From Dehalococcoidia bacterium (GTDB lineage: Bacteria; Chloroflexota; Dehalococcoidia; Lucifugimonadales; JADFKI01): a stretch of DNA of 32,000 nt. The notes below the pieces were generated by a model. That model was not told the DNA's origin. It saw only the letters and a program-made list of their open reading frames with translations, and made no database searches. How positions within the stretch are numbered: the first letter of the stretch is position 1; every line of letters begins with the position of its first letter. A program made the position numbers and the translations under genes. Location: the NCBI GenBank assembly GCA_034421195.1, contig DAOUKP010000020.1, forward strand, positions 145,181 to 177,180. Direction: 5' to 3'. Shown here one piece after another: positions 15,540 to 23,476 of this stretch.

Positions 15540-16664
15540 ATGAAAATAACCGACATCAAAGTCAATCAACTTCGCAGCTTCCTGACGCCTGATGAACACT
15601 CATTCGTGGGGCAAGGCGGTCGCCTCATCGTGCGCGTTCATACGGACGAAGGCATCACCGGCATCGCCGAGGGTTCGCGCGGGCTTGACATCTTCCGCGC
15701 GTACAACGAAAGCATGATTAAGCCTCTGCTCGTCGGTGAGAATCCGCTCCAGCCTCGCCAGATATGGGAGAAGCTTGCGCTGGGCGACGGACAGCAGGCG
15801 ACCCGCATCCCACCGCAGATTGCGGGCACGATAGACATCTGCTGCTGGGACATCATGGGCAAGGCGGCCGGGCTGCCGGTGTATGCCATGCTCGGCGGCG
15901 CTCGCCGCACCGAAATCCCTCTGTACTGGAGCCGCGGCAACGGCTGGCGCAAGTCCCCCGGAGAAATTCTGGAAGAAGTGCAAGAAGGCTACGAAAAGGG
16001 CTTCCGCGCGTTCAAGGTTCGCATGGACTGGCGCGACTACCGGCAGGACGGCAACCCCAGGAACGACTTCGAGATATTCAAGGCGGTCAAGGAGTGGCTG
16101 CCAGACAATGTGCCTGTTGGATTCGACGCCAACAACGGCTACTCCGTGCCAACCGCCATCCAACAGGGCAGAAAGCTGGAGGAACTCGGTGTGGCGCACT
16201 TCGAGGAGCCGTTGCCTCAGTATGACCTCAGAGGCTTACGGCAAGTCGTGGACGCGCTCGACTGCGCCGTATCCACAGGCGAGCAAGAGACATCCGCGTG
16301 GCGCTTCCGCGACCTGATAGACTTGTCCAACCCGGACATTCTACAGCCCGACATCCTCAACGTCGGTGGCCTGTCAGAAATCGTCAGAGTCTATGAGATG
16401 GCAGTCTCCGATAACAAGGTCATCATGCCGCACAGCCCCAACGTGGGCGTCAACTCTGTTGCCAGCCTGCACGCATACAGCACCGTAACCAACGCGGTGC
16501 GCCCGCATGAATTCTCGGAAGAGTTCACAGGCCCCGCCGAGCGTGTAGCATCCTTGTTCGTTGACCCCATCATCCCGGAGAACGGAGTAATCAAGCTCCC
16601 GGACCGCCCCGGCTTCGGCCTAGAGTTCGACGAAGCCGAACTCGAAAGGGCAATCATCGCCTAA
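15540..16664 (+). CDS. Enolase-superfamily enzyme, mandelate racemase subgroup (acid-sugar dehydratase-like)
   Basis: MKITDIK...VHTDEGITGIAEG capping domain. Barrel ligands and bases are GFDANNGY (Asp), HFEEP (Glu), STGEQE (Glu), LQPDILNVGG (Asp) and MPHSP (His). Confidence 0.9.
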   Translation: MKITDIKVNQLRSFLTPDEHSFVGQGGRLIVRVHTDEGITGIAEGSRGLDIFRAYNESMIKPLLVGENPLQPRQIWEKLALGDGQQATRIPPQIAGTIDICCWDIMGKAAGLPVYAMLGGARRTEIPLYWSRGNGWRKSPGEILEEVQEGYEKGFRAFKVRMDWRDYRQDGNPRNDFEIFKAVKEWLPDNVPVGFDANNGYSVPTAIQQGRKLEELGVAHFEEPLPQYDLRGLRQVVDALDCAVSTGEQETSAWRFRDLIDLSNPDILQPDILNVGGLSEIVRVYEMAVSDNKVIMPHSPNVGVNSVASLHAYSTVTNAVRPHEFSEEFTGPAERVASLFVDPIIPENGVIKLPDRPGFGLEFDEAELERAIIA

Positions 16665-16675
16665 CTGCTGATTCA

Positions 16676-16703
16676 GTCCCTTCCCCTATCAAGGGGGAAG
16701 GTT
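16676..16703 (+). repeat. R1 hairpin-repeat module, left part of the interrupted copy
   Basis: GTCCCTTCCCCTATCAAGGGGGAAGGTT matches 13763-13790 apart from the loop. Confidence 0.65.
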
Positions 16704-16729
16704 GAGACGATTTCACAAATCTCCGATAT

Positions 16730-16755
16730 TGTCATTCTGAGCAAAGTGAGGAATC
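16730..16755 (+). repeat. R2 repeat copy (GTCATTC-GAGCAAAG-GAGGAATC family), inside the MITE-like element
   Basis: TGTCATTCTGAGCAAAGTGAGGAATC; compare 17936-17961, TGTCATTCCGAGCAAAGCGAGGAATC. Confidence 0.65.
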
Positions 16756-16791
16756 TGAAATCGTTGCAGGCAAGCCTATTTCCGGCTTTAT

Positions 16792-16816
16792 ATTTCTCGC
16801 TTTGCTCGAAATGACA
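16792..16816 (-). repeat. R2 repeat copy, inverted orientation, inside the MITE-like element
   Basis: The reverse complement reads TGTCATTTCGAGCAAAGCGAGAAAT. Confidence 0.65.
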
Positions 16817-16843
16817 GCGATAAATTACATTTGTGAAATCGAC

Positions 16844-16876
16844 TTAGGATGGAGGTGACCAAATCGTCTCCATCCT
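16844..16876 (+). repeat. R1 module right part with a perfect 9-bp hairpin, between convergent genes (possible bidirectional terminator)
   Basis: TTAGGATGGAGGTGA matches 13789-13803. AGGATGGAG (16846-16854) pairs with CTCCATCCT (16868-16876) around a 13-nt loop. It lies between the dehydratase stop (16664) and the NHL gene stop (16887). The U-tract is weak. Confidence 0.5.
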
Positions 16877-16886
16877 GTTTATCCTG

Positions 16887-17909
16887 TTAACGCACCAGGC
16901 GGATGCGATGATTCTCGCTGTCCGCGATGTACATTGCTCCACCGCCGTCCACGACCACTCCATGGGGACGCGCAAGCCCCGCGCCTACCGCTGGCCCGCC
17001 ATCACCGTCCGGCCCCTCATGCCCGCCTGCAACTGTTGATATGATTCCGCTGTCAGCGTGATACTTACGAATAGCGTGGTTCTCCGTATCTACGATAAGC
17101 ACGTTCCCGTCAGCGTCGCAGCGTATCGCCTTCGGTCCGTTGAACTCACACTCGATCGCAGGCCTGCCGTCGCCGGTGTATCCCTGCGCTCCCGTACCCG
17201 CAACAGTCGTGATAATTCCGTCCGCGTCTATGCGCCGAAGCGTGTTGCCCTCACGCTCGCACACATAAGTATTGCCCTTGCCGTCCACGCAGATAGCGCG
17301 CGCGCCGAATATGCCCGCCTCGCTCGCCAAACCGCCGTCGCCGGTGTGTTCCTTCTCGCCCGTGCCAGCGAATGTGCTTATCGTGCCACTTGCAATGTCC
17401 ACCCGCCGGATGCGCTGGTCCTGCACATCCGCGATCAGCAAGCCGCCCTTGCCGTCCAGAATGCAGTCATTCGGTTCGCGCATCTGAGCCTGTGTAGCGG
17501 GCCCGCCGTCGCCGCCGAAGCCGACAGTGGTGTCGCCTGCGACGGTGGTTATGACGCCGGTCGTTGCGTCAATCTTGCGTATCGACGGGTTGAAGCGCTG
17601 CAAGATATAGACATCGCCGTTTGCGTCAACCTGTATCGCATATATCTCGTCAATCTTCGCCTCGGTCGCAGGACCGTCGTCGCCCGTGTGTCCTGATTCC
17701 CCAGTGCCTGCGAATGTCGTCAGCTCGCCGGATTGCATATCCAGCCTGCGTATCGCGTAATTAAAGCAATCCGCGATGTACAGCCAGCGATAGGCAGGGT
17801 CGAACTCCACATGGAAGGGATTGTCCATCGTGGCAAGTGTCGCCGGTCCGCCGTCGCCCGAATAACCCTGTTCACCGTTGCCCACTATGCTTGAAATGGT
17901 TGTCGTCAT
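16887..17909 (-). CDS. Six-bladed NHL-type beta-propeller repeat protein with no signal peptide
   Basis: Six repeats of about 55 aa, each with G(Y/H)(S/T)GDGGPA...A.(L/F)..P..(V/I)..D..GN(L/V)(Y/L)I(A/V)D-like blades. The N-terminus MTTTISSIVGNGEQGYSGDGGPA starts directly in blade 1. Confidence 0.85.
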   Translation of the reverse strand: MTTTISSIVGNGEQGYSGDGGPATLATMDNPFHVEFDPAYRWLYIADCFNYAIRRLDMQSGELTTFAGTGESGHTGDDGPATEAKIDEIYAIQVDANGDVYILQRFNPSIRKIDATTGVITTVAGDTTVGFGGDGGPATQAQMREPNDCILDGKGGLLIADVQDQRIRRVDIASGTISTFAGTGEKEHTGDGGLASEAGIFGARAICVDGKGNTYVCEREGNTLRRIDADGIITTVAGTGAQGYTGDGRPAIECEFNGPKAIRCDADGNVLIVDTENHAIRKYHADSGIISTVAGGHEGPDGDGGPAVGAGLARPHGVVVDGGGAMYIADSENHRIRLVR

Positions 17910-17935
17910 TGTGATTGTGTCTCCTTCTATCCACC

Positions 17936-17961
17936 TGTCATTCCGAGCAAAGCGAGGAATC
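17936..17961 (+). repeat. R2 repeat copy in the GNAT-NHL intergenic gap
   Basis: TGTCATTCCGAGCAAAGCGAGGAATC. Its last base overlaps the GNAT gene stop codon. Confidence 0.65.
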
Positions 17962-19163
17962 TAAAGTTGATGCGCCCACCAAGGCTTTCGCCGTGTCCGG
18001 AACATCGCATCCGCAAGCTGCACAGCTTCCGGTGAAGCTACCTCTGCGCGTGAGGCATGTTCCAGTGTGCTGAACGATACGCCATCCAGGTACGCCGCGC
18101 CCAGATCGGCAGCCGAAAGCGTGATGTCCGGCGCGGCAGTCGTGGTCGTACAGCGCGCGCCCTCTGCTCCACCCTCTAGTTCATAGCGCCCGTCATTCCA
18201 TTGGCAGAATTCGTCACGCACTTCAAGAACGATGCGTCCCTCTCTGGCGTATGTGCGGGCTTCGAGCGCCTTCTGCACATCAAGAATTCGCAGCCACATC
18301 CCATCACGCAGACTGCGCTGCAACCTGCGTGGATCAGCCAGCATCCAAGGCAAAGGATCATCCACAGGACGGTCGTCGCATTCAATCGTTGTTCTGAGGT
18401 CGATGCCAAAGCAGAACCGCCACAGCGCGGCATGCGCCGCCTCGCTGCCCGCCATCAGGTCGATTACCTTAACGGTCCGGCCGTGCAGCCTGTAAATCAC
18501 ATAGCCATCGATTTCACCGTCCTCTTCATATACAACGAAATGGAACGCGCTTCCTCCTCTTCTCTCGTGCTCGAAGTCTGCCAGAAACTCGGCCCAGTGA
18601 TCAGGATGCAGCGCGACAAAGGCGGGCCTGTCGGTGCATACGCGCACGGCTACCGAAGGCAGAAGTTCCGCAGCATCATCCTTGTCGATGAAGCGAAGCC
18701 GCCCGGGAGATTCAGGCGCGTATGCGAGATCCGTGTGCCGCCTGTCAATGCTCCAGCTTTCGATTAGCGAGGCGATTCCAAACCCGTATCGTCCGTATAT
18801 GATGCTCTCCGATGCGCCCAGGATTGAGAAAATCTCGCCGTTGTCATACGCCTCCCGAAGGTGCATATCCATCATCCGCGTCAGGATGCCCCGCCTTCGA
18901 TGCGTCGGCAATACAGTAACGCCCGCTACTACTGCGGTGGGAGCGCTTTTGCCCTCCGGTATGTTCATCTGCATCGGGTACACGACCGCCGTGCTGACAA
19001 TCTCTTCGCCGTCAAAGGCAGCAAGCGACCTTGAGTTCCTCAGGGTGCGCGCGCTGACCTTCATATCGTCATCTGTCATCGTGGAACCGAAGCCGACCGC
19101 CATCGTTCTGAGGAACGTCGGACGCTCAATCTCCCCGATGAAACGCAAGTCTATGTCGGCCAT
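17961..19163 (-). CDS. Eis-like GNAT N-acetyltransferase (GNAT domains plus SCP2-like C-terminal domain)
   Basis: The 400-aa length and architecture fit the Eis family. The acetyl-CoA motif is VLPTHRRRGILTRMM. The C-terminal region (RYELEGG...ITLSAADLGAAYLDGVSF) is typical of the sterol-carrier-like tail. Confidence 0.82.
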   Translation of the reverse strand: MADIDLRFIGEIERPTFLRTMAVGFGSTMTDDDMKVSARTLRNSRSLAAFDGEEIVSTAVVYPMQMNIPEGKSAPTAVVAGVTVLPTHRRRGILTRMMDMHLREAYDNGEIFSILGASESIIYGRYGFGIASLIESWSIDRRHTDLAYAPESPGRLRFIDKDDAAELLPSVAVRVCTDRPAFVALHPDHWAEFLADFEHERRGGSAFHFVVYEEDGEIDGYVIYRLHGRTVKVIDLMAGSEAAHAALWRFCFGIDLRTTIECDDRPVDDPLPWMLADPRRLQRSLRDGMWLRILDVQKALEARTYAREGRIVLEVRDEFCQWNDGRYELEGGAEGARCTTTTAAPDITLSAADLGAAYLDGVSFSTLEHASRAEVASPEAVQLADAMFRTRRKPWWAHQL

Positions 19164-19226
19164 ATTTTTACTCCAAGTGCCTCTATTCCCATCCTACCCG
19201 TCCTGCATATCCGTTTGGTGCCCGTC

Positions 19227-20372
19227 CTATTGGTCAACCACCGAACCGTCCCGGTGCAGCCGCACATTTATTTGCCCGTAGGTCTTAGGCGGCGCTTTCT
19301 CCTGCGCGTCATCCGCAATCTCGATGCCGATTCCCGGCGCGTCCGGGATAATCAGGAAGCCGTCCTCAACCGCAATCGGCTCTTTTACCATCACATTCTT
19401 AGGAAAGTCGTGCTCACCTGTCGGGTACTCCTGTATGGCAAAGTTCGGCGCGCACGCCGCAATTTGCAGGCATGCCGCCGTGCTGATTGGACCAAGGGGG
19501 TTGTGCGGCACGACTCCGACATAGCTTGCCTCAGCGAGCGCCGCAATCTTTTTCGTGTGAGTGATGCCGCCGGCGAGACACACATCCGGACGAACATACT
19601 GCACTGCGCCGCGTTTCAGCAGCATGTCGAATTCATGGATAGTTTGGAATCGCTCTCCCGTAGCGATTGGCACGGTAATCTGGTTCGCCACAAGTCCCAT
19701 CGCGTCATAATGCTCCGGCAGTATGGGGTCCTCGTAGAACATCGGATGGAACTCGGCGATGCCTTGCGCCAGTACAACCGCTTCTGCCGGCGTTAGCCTA
19801 CGGTGAATCTCGATGCAGAGGTCAACTTCAGTGCCCGCCGCTTCCCGATACATTCGCACGGCGTCTATCGCGTCCGCCATCTTGTCTGAGTGCGACTTGT
19901 AGTACGGCACGGATCGATCCTCGTCGAGGAACGGTGTCAGGTGCCCGACCGCAGTGAAGCCCGCTTCCTTCGCTGCCTTCACTCCGGTTACAAGTTCTTC
20001 GCGAGTCGAGCCGAACACGTGATAATAGACGCGCGCCTTGTCCCGAACCTTGCCGCCAAGCAACTGATAGACTGGAACGCCGAAGTGCTTGCCCGCGATG
20101 TCCCAGAGCGCGATGTCGATTGCGCTGATGCCAGCCATGATTGCCGCGCCCCGGAAGTGGCCGGTGCGGTACATCGTCTGCCAGTGGTGCTCGATGAGCA
20201 GCGGGTCCTTGCCCACTAGGTAGGGCGCAAACTTCAGGCGAATGGCAGCTTCGGTCGCTTCCAGGTGCCCCCAGGCGCCCGCCTCACCGTAGCCCGTAAT
20301 GCCTTCGTCCGTATGCACCTTCACGAAAAGATACCTGTCCACAGGATAGGTTTCGACCGATGTTATTTTCAT
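19227..20372 (-). CDS. Enolase-superfamily dehydratase of the D-galactonate dehydratase (DgoD)-like family
   Basis: The 381-aa protein is co-linear with E. coli DgoD as I recall it. Shared stretches are MKIT...LFVKVHTDEGITGYGEA, DIALWDIAGK, YQLLGGKVRDK, EIHRR, FYEDP, IATGER, VRPDVCLAGGIT, PHNPLGPI and a C-terminal ...RDGSVVDQ tail. Confidence 0.88.
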   Translation of the reverse strand: MKITSVETYPVDRYLFVKVHTDEGITGYGEAGAWGHLEATEAAIRLKFAPYLVGKDPLLIEHHWQTMYRTGHFRGAAIMAGISAIDIALWDIAGKHFGVPVYQLLGGKVRDKARVYYHVFGSTREELVTGVKAAKEAGFTAVGHLTPFLDEDRSVPYYKSHSDKMADAIDAVRMYREAAGTEVDLCIEIHRRLTPAEAVVLAQGIAEFHPMFYEDPILPEHYDAMGLVANQITVPIATGERFQTIHEFDMLLKRGAVQYVRPDVCLAGGITHTKKIAALAEASYVGVVPHNPLGPISTAACLQIAACAPNFAIQEYPTGEHDFPKNVMVKEPIAVEDGFLIIPDAPGIGIEIADDAQEKAPPKTYGQINVRLHRDGSVVDQ

Positions 20373-20462
20373 AGTCTCTCCTCACAGAATTGATGGCGCT
20401 ATGCTATCACACGCGCACCGAACTCTTTCAAGTGTTTCCCGCGCGCTGCTCCCGTCGCCCGG

Positions 20463-21218
20463 CTAAACAATCTTCGCAATCTCCGGCAGGAGAACCGCCA
20501 TACTGGACAACGCGATGATTCCCAGCACCACATAGCGAAATATCCTCTCGTTCATTCGCTGAATCAGCAGCCCGCCCAGAGCGAATCCAAGAAATGCCGG
20601 CACGATTACGACCGCAACCAAGGTCAGCCGCTCCGCGCTGTAAAGTCCGGTGGAGGCATAAGCGATCACTCCAATCCCCGCAATGACAAGGAGGAAGAGC
20701 GCCATCGCCCCTCGCACCGACTGCCGCCGCAAGTTCCTCGCAAGCAGGAAGAGGACGATTAACGGACCGCCTACCGCGAATGCGGTTAGCGAAGCGCCAA
20801 CTGCAAAGCCTCCGGCTATGCCTAACACCTTCGCATAAGGTATTTCACCTTCAAACTCCTTCAGAGACAAGGCAGCGAGGAGCAGTATCAGCACGACTAT
20901 GCCGATGCGGATAATACTGGGGTCGGCGAACTTCAGTATTGCTACACCGAACGGCACTCCGAGAGCGCCCGCCGTCGCTATCGGCACAATCTCCCTGTAT
21001 GGAATGTCCTTACGCGCCTGAATCGCTATCAGGATTCCAGCGCTAACTCCTCCCGTGTTCACCACGACTACGGCCGTTTGCGGGTCGCCGACAGCCAGCA
21101 GCGCAATGGGCATGGCGGTCATGGCAATGCCGAAGCCGGTCGCGCTGTACACCGTGCAGCCGAGAAATAGCGCCATCGCCAAAATCGATACGCCCATCCA
21201 TCCCAGTGTCAGTTCCAC
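20463..21218 (-). CDS. TSUP family (TauE/SafE, DUF81) anion permease, paralog 4 of 4
   Basis: 251-aa polytopic membrane protein, co-linear with the three upstream paralogs (TGFGIAM, PQTAVVVVNT, RKDIPYREIVPI, FAVGGPL, RRQSVRGAMALF, NERIFRY). Its GTG start shares 1 nt with the upstream stop (TAGTG). Confidence 0.85.
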   Translation of the reverse strand: MELTLGWMGVSILAMALFLGCTVYSATGFGIAMTAMPIALLAVGDPQTAVVVVNTGGVSAGILIAIQARKDIPYREIVPIATAGALGVPFGVAILKFADPSIIRIGIVVLILLLAALSLKEFEGEIPYAKVLGIAGGFAVGASLTAFAVGGPLIVLFLLARNLRRQSVRGAMALFLLVIAGIGVIAYASTGLYSAERLTLVAVVIVPAFLGFALGGLLIQRMNERIFRYVVLGIIALSSMAVLLPEIAKIV

Positions 21219-21967
21219 TACAAATACTTACTCACTTCCTTTGCCAGGACTATCACGCTGGAAACGATGATGATGCCGATGACCGTTTGATTGAATACGC
21301 GCTCATTCAAGCGCCGCATCAGCGCAGCGCCGATGGCTATGCCTACTATCGCCGGAATTACGATGACCCCTATGAGAGTTAAGCGTAGCGGTGTGTACAA
21401 GCCATAGAGCGCGAACAGTATTATGGAAAAACTCATCAGCGCCAGCAGAAAGAACGCCATTGCCGCCCTGACAGTCTGCCGTTCCCATTTCTTCGTCATC
21501 AGGAACAGCATCACCAGAGAGCCTGCAACTCCTGATGTCGGCAGCAGCACCCCCACGATGAAGCCAGTAATAATACCTACTGGAGTCGAGTAGGGAATCT
21601 CTCGCTCGACCTTTACGAACGAACCTATGGCAAAGAGTATGATGAGCACGGCGATTCCGATGCTGAGAACGCTCGAATCCGCCGTCTTGAGAATGAAGAC
21701 GGCTATAGGCGCGCCGCACAGCGCGGCAATGGTTATCGGAAGTATCTCCCTGAAGGGGACGTCTCGCCAAGACTTCGATATTATCCACACGCCTATCCCT
21801 AGCCCTGCCGTCCCGGTTACAACTATGACAGTTTGTGGTTCGTAAACGAGCAGCATCAGGGGTGTAGAGATCATCCCTATGCCAAAGCCTGTTGCGCTGA
21901 AGACCGTTGAGGCCAGCAGCATCGCTAATACAACAACAGTTCCTTCAAGCCAACCTATTTCACTCAA
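21218..21967 (-). CDS. TSUP family (TauE/SafE, DUF81) anion permease, paralog 3 of 4
   Basis: 249 aa with the same motif order (TGFGIGM, PQTVIVVTGT, WRDVPFREILPI, ERQTVRAAMAFF, NERVFNQ). The TTG start overlaps the upstream TGA (TTGA). Confidence 0.85.
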   Translation of the reverse strand: MSEIGWLEGTVVVLAMLLASTVFSATGFGIGMISTPLMLLVYEPQTVIVVTGTAGLGIGVWIISKSWRDVPFREILPITIAALCGAPIAVFILKTADSSVLSIGIAVLIILFAIGSFVKVEREIPYSTPVGIITGFIVGVLLPTSGVAGSLVMLFLMTKKWERQTVRAAMAFFLLALMSFSIILFALYGLYTPLRLTLIGVIVIPAIVGIAIGAALMRRLNERVFNQTVIGIIIVSSVIVLAKEVSKYL

Positions 21968-22701
21968 ATGCTTACTACCTCACGTATCAGCACCAATGCG
22001 CTGGACGATATGATTATCGTCACCACTGCGTATCGGAAAACTCGCTCACTCATTACTCGGAGAACCACGGTGCCCAATCCTAGTCCCAGCAACATTGGTA
22101 TCACCATAAGTGCGATGAGATTGAGCCTCTCAGCCGTGTAAAGACCTGCGACAGCGTATCCTGATATGCCGAATACGTCCAGTGCAAACAGGTAAAACGC
22201 CATCGCTGCCCTCACAGACTGTCTGCCCCAACTCCGGGTCAGCAGATACAGGGTAACCAGCGGACCGCCGACCCCAAAAGCCGGAAGTACAACCCCAACT
22301 ACGAACCCGGCAAGAATACCGACCGCTTTAGAATAGGGAAAGTCTCTTTGGAAGTTAAGCGCAGCCGTGGCAGCCAATACCATGATCAGCAAAGATATGC
22401 CGATTCGCATTATGCCCGGATCGGCGAACTTCAGAATGAGCACCGCAAACGGCACACCAAGCGCGCCGGCGACGACTATCGGCAGAACTTCTCGGAAGGG
22501 TATGTCCTTGCGAGCCTGTACGACTATCCAGGCTTCAACCGCTATCGCCACAGTGTTCAGGACGACAACCGCTGTCTGTGGTTCGAGCACGAACAGCAGA
22601 CCGGGCATTGCCACCATGCCTATCCCAAAGCCTGTCGCGCTGAGAGCCGTGCAGCCCAGGAACATCATCAAGGCGGCTATGCCCAATTGAAGTGTGCTCA
22701 C
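21964..22701 (-). CDS. TSUP family (TauE/SafE, DUF81) anion permease, paralog 2 of 4
   Basis: 245 aa (TGFGIGM, PQTAVVVLNT, RKDIPFREVLPI, FGVGGPL, GRQSVRAAMAFY, SERVFRY). Its GTG start shares 1 nt with the upstream TAG. Confidence 0.85.
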   Translation of the reverse strand: MSTLQLGIAALMMFLGCTALSATGFGIGMVAMPGLLFVLEPQTAVVVLNTVAIAVEAWIVVQARKDIPFREVLPIVVAGALGVPFAVLILKFADPGIMRIGISLLIMVLAATAALNFQRDFPYSKAVGILAGFVVGVVLPAFGVGGPLVTLYLLTRSWGRQSVRAAMAFYLFALDVFGISGYAVAGLYTAERLNLIALMVIPMLLGLGLGTVVLRVMSERVFRYAVVTIIISSSALVLIREVVSI

Positions 22702-23447
22702 TACAAACTTATAACCTCCCTCGCCAGCACCATAATGCTTGTACCTACTATCGCCACCATTACCAGCCTTCTGAACATAACCTCGTTTATCCGGCGAAGG
22801 ATTAGCATCGCCACACCAAACCCCAGTATTACGGGAAGCGCCGCCACGCCTATCAGCTGAACGCGCTCTGCCGTGAGCAGCCCAGCCGCGCCGTATCCTA
22901 TGACACCTGCGCCCTCTACCGCAAGAAAGTACAGCGAAAGCGAGCCGCGCAGCGCGTGGCTGGACATCTTATGCGACAGCCAGGCAAGCACCATCAGCGC
23001 GCCGCCCACGCCAAACGCGTTGAGCATAACGCTTACCACGAAACCCACACCCATCCCAACGGGAGTTGACTTGGGCAGTGACCAGCGGGCGTTAAACGCA
23101 GCAAGCAGGGTCAGCGCGATGATGAGCACGGCTATGGCTATTCTAAGGAGCGCGGTGTCTGCATCCCTCAGTATGAATATCCCGACAGGAACTCCCACAA
23201 GCCCCGCCGCGGCTATGGGCAATACCTGGCGCACGGGGATATGCTGCCGCGTCTGCCATATAACCAGCGAGAACATGAGCAACGAGACTGTATTGATGAC
23301 CACCACAGCCGTCTGCGGGTCCAGCAACAGCAGAAGCAGAGGAAAGGACGCAACACCGATGCCAAACCCGACCGTGCAGAAGACGAGCGCACCCGCGAAT
23401 ACGATAGCGGCGACGGCAAGGGTCTGCTCGACTGAAAGAGTATCCAA
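22701..23447 (-). CDS. TSUP family (TauE/SafE, DUF81) anion permease, paralog 1 of 4 (most divergent)
   Basis: 248 aa (VGFGIGV, PQTAVVVINT, RQHIPVRQVLPI, FGVGGAL, INEVMFRR). The putative TTG start lies 29 nt after the deacylase stop. Confidence 0.82.
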   Translation of the reverse strand: MDTLSVEQTLAVAAIVFAGALVFCTVGFGIGVASFPLLLLLLDPQTAVVVINTVSLLMFSLVIWQTRQHIPVRQVLPIAAAGLVGVPVGIFILRDADTALLRIAIAVLIIALTLLAAFNARWSLPKSTPVGMGVGFVVSVMLNAFGVGGALMVLAWLSHKMSSHALRGSLSLYFLAVEGAGVIGYGAAGLLTAERVQLIGVAALPVILGFGVAMLILRRINEVMFRRLVMVAIVGTSIMVLAREVISL

Positions 23448-23476
23448 GCGCCGCGAAACCTACGGCTTCCACAACA

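Larger units (their letters stand above)
16704..16843. mobile_element. 140-bp MITE-like non-autonomous element inserted into the R1 repeat
   Basis: Perfect 13-bp terminal inverted repeats: CGATTTCACAAAT (16708-16720) and ATTTGTGAAATCG (16829-16841). TT flanks both sides where the intact R1 copy has a single TT (GAAGGTTAGGATGG at 13784-13797). There is no ORF. The interior carries two inverted R2 repeats, so the whole element can fold back on itself. Confidence 0.5.

Noticed and set aside
13740-17965. CRISPR array formed by the short repeats
   Set aside because: The repeats belong to different families, occur in both orientations, are irregularly spaced between genes and are partly palindromic. 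There is no repeat-spacer periodicity and there are no cas genes.
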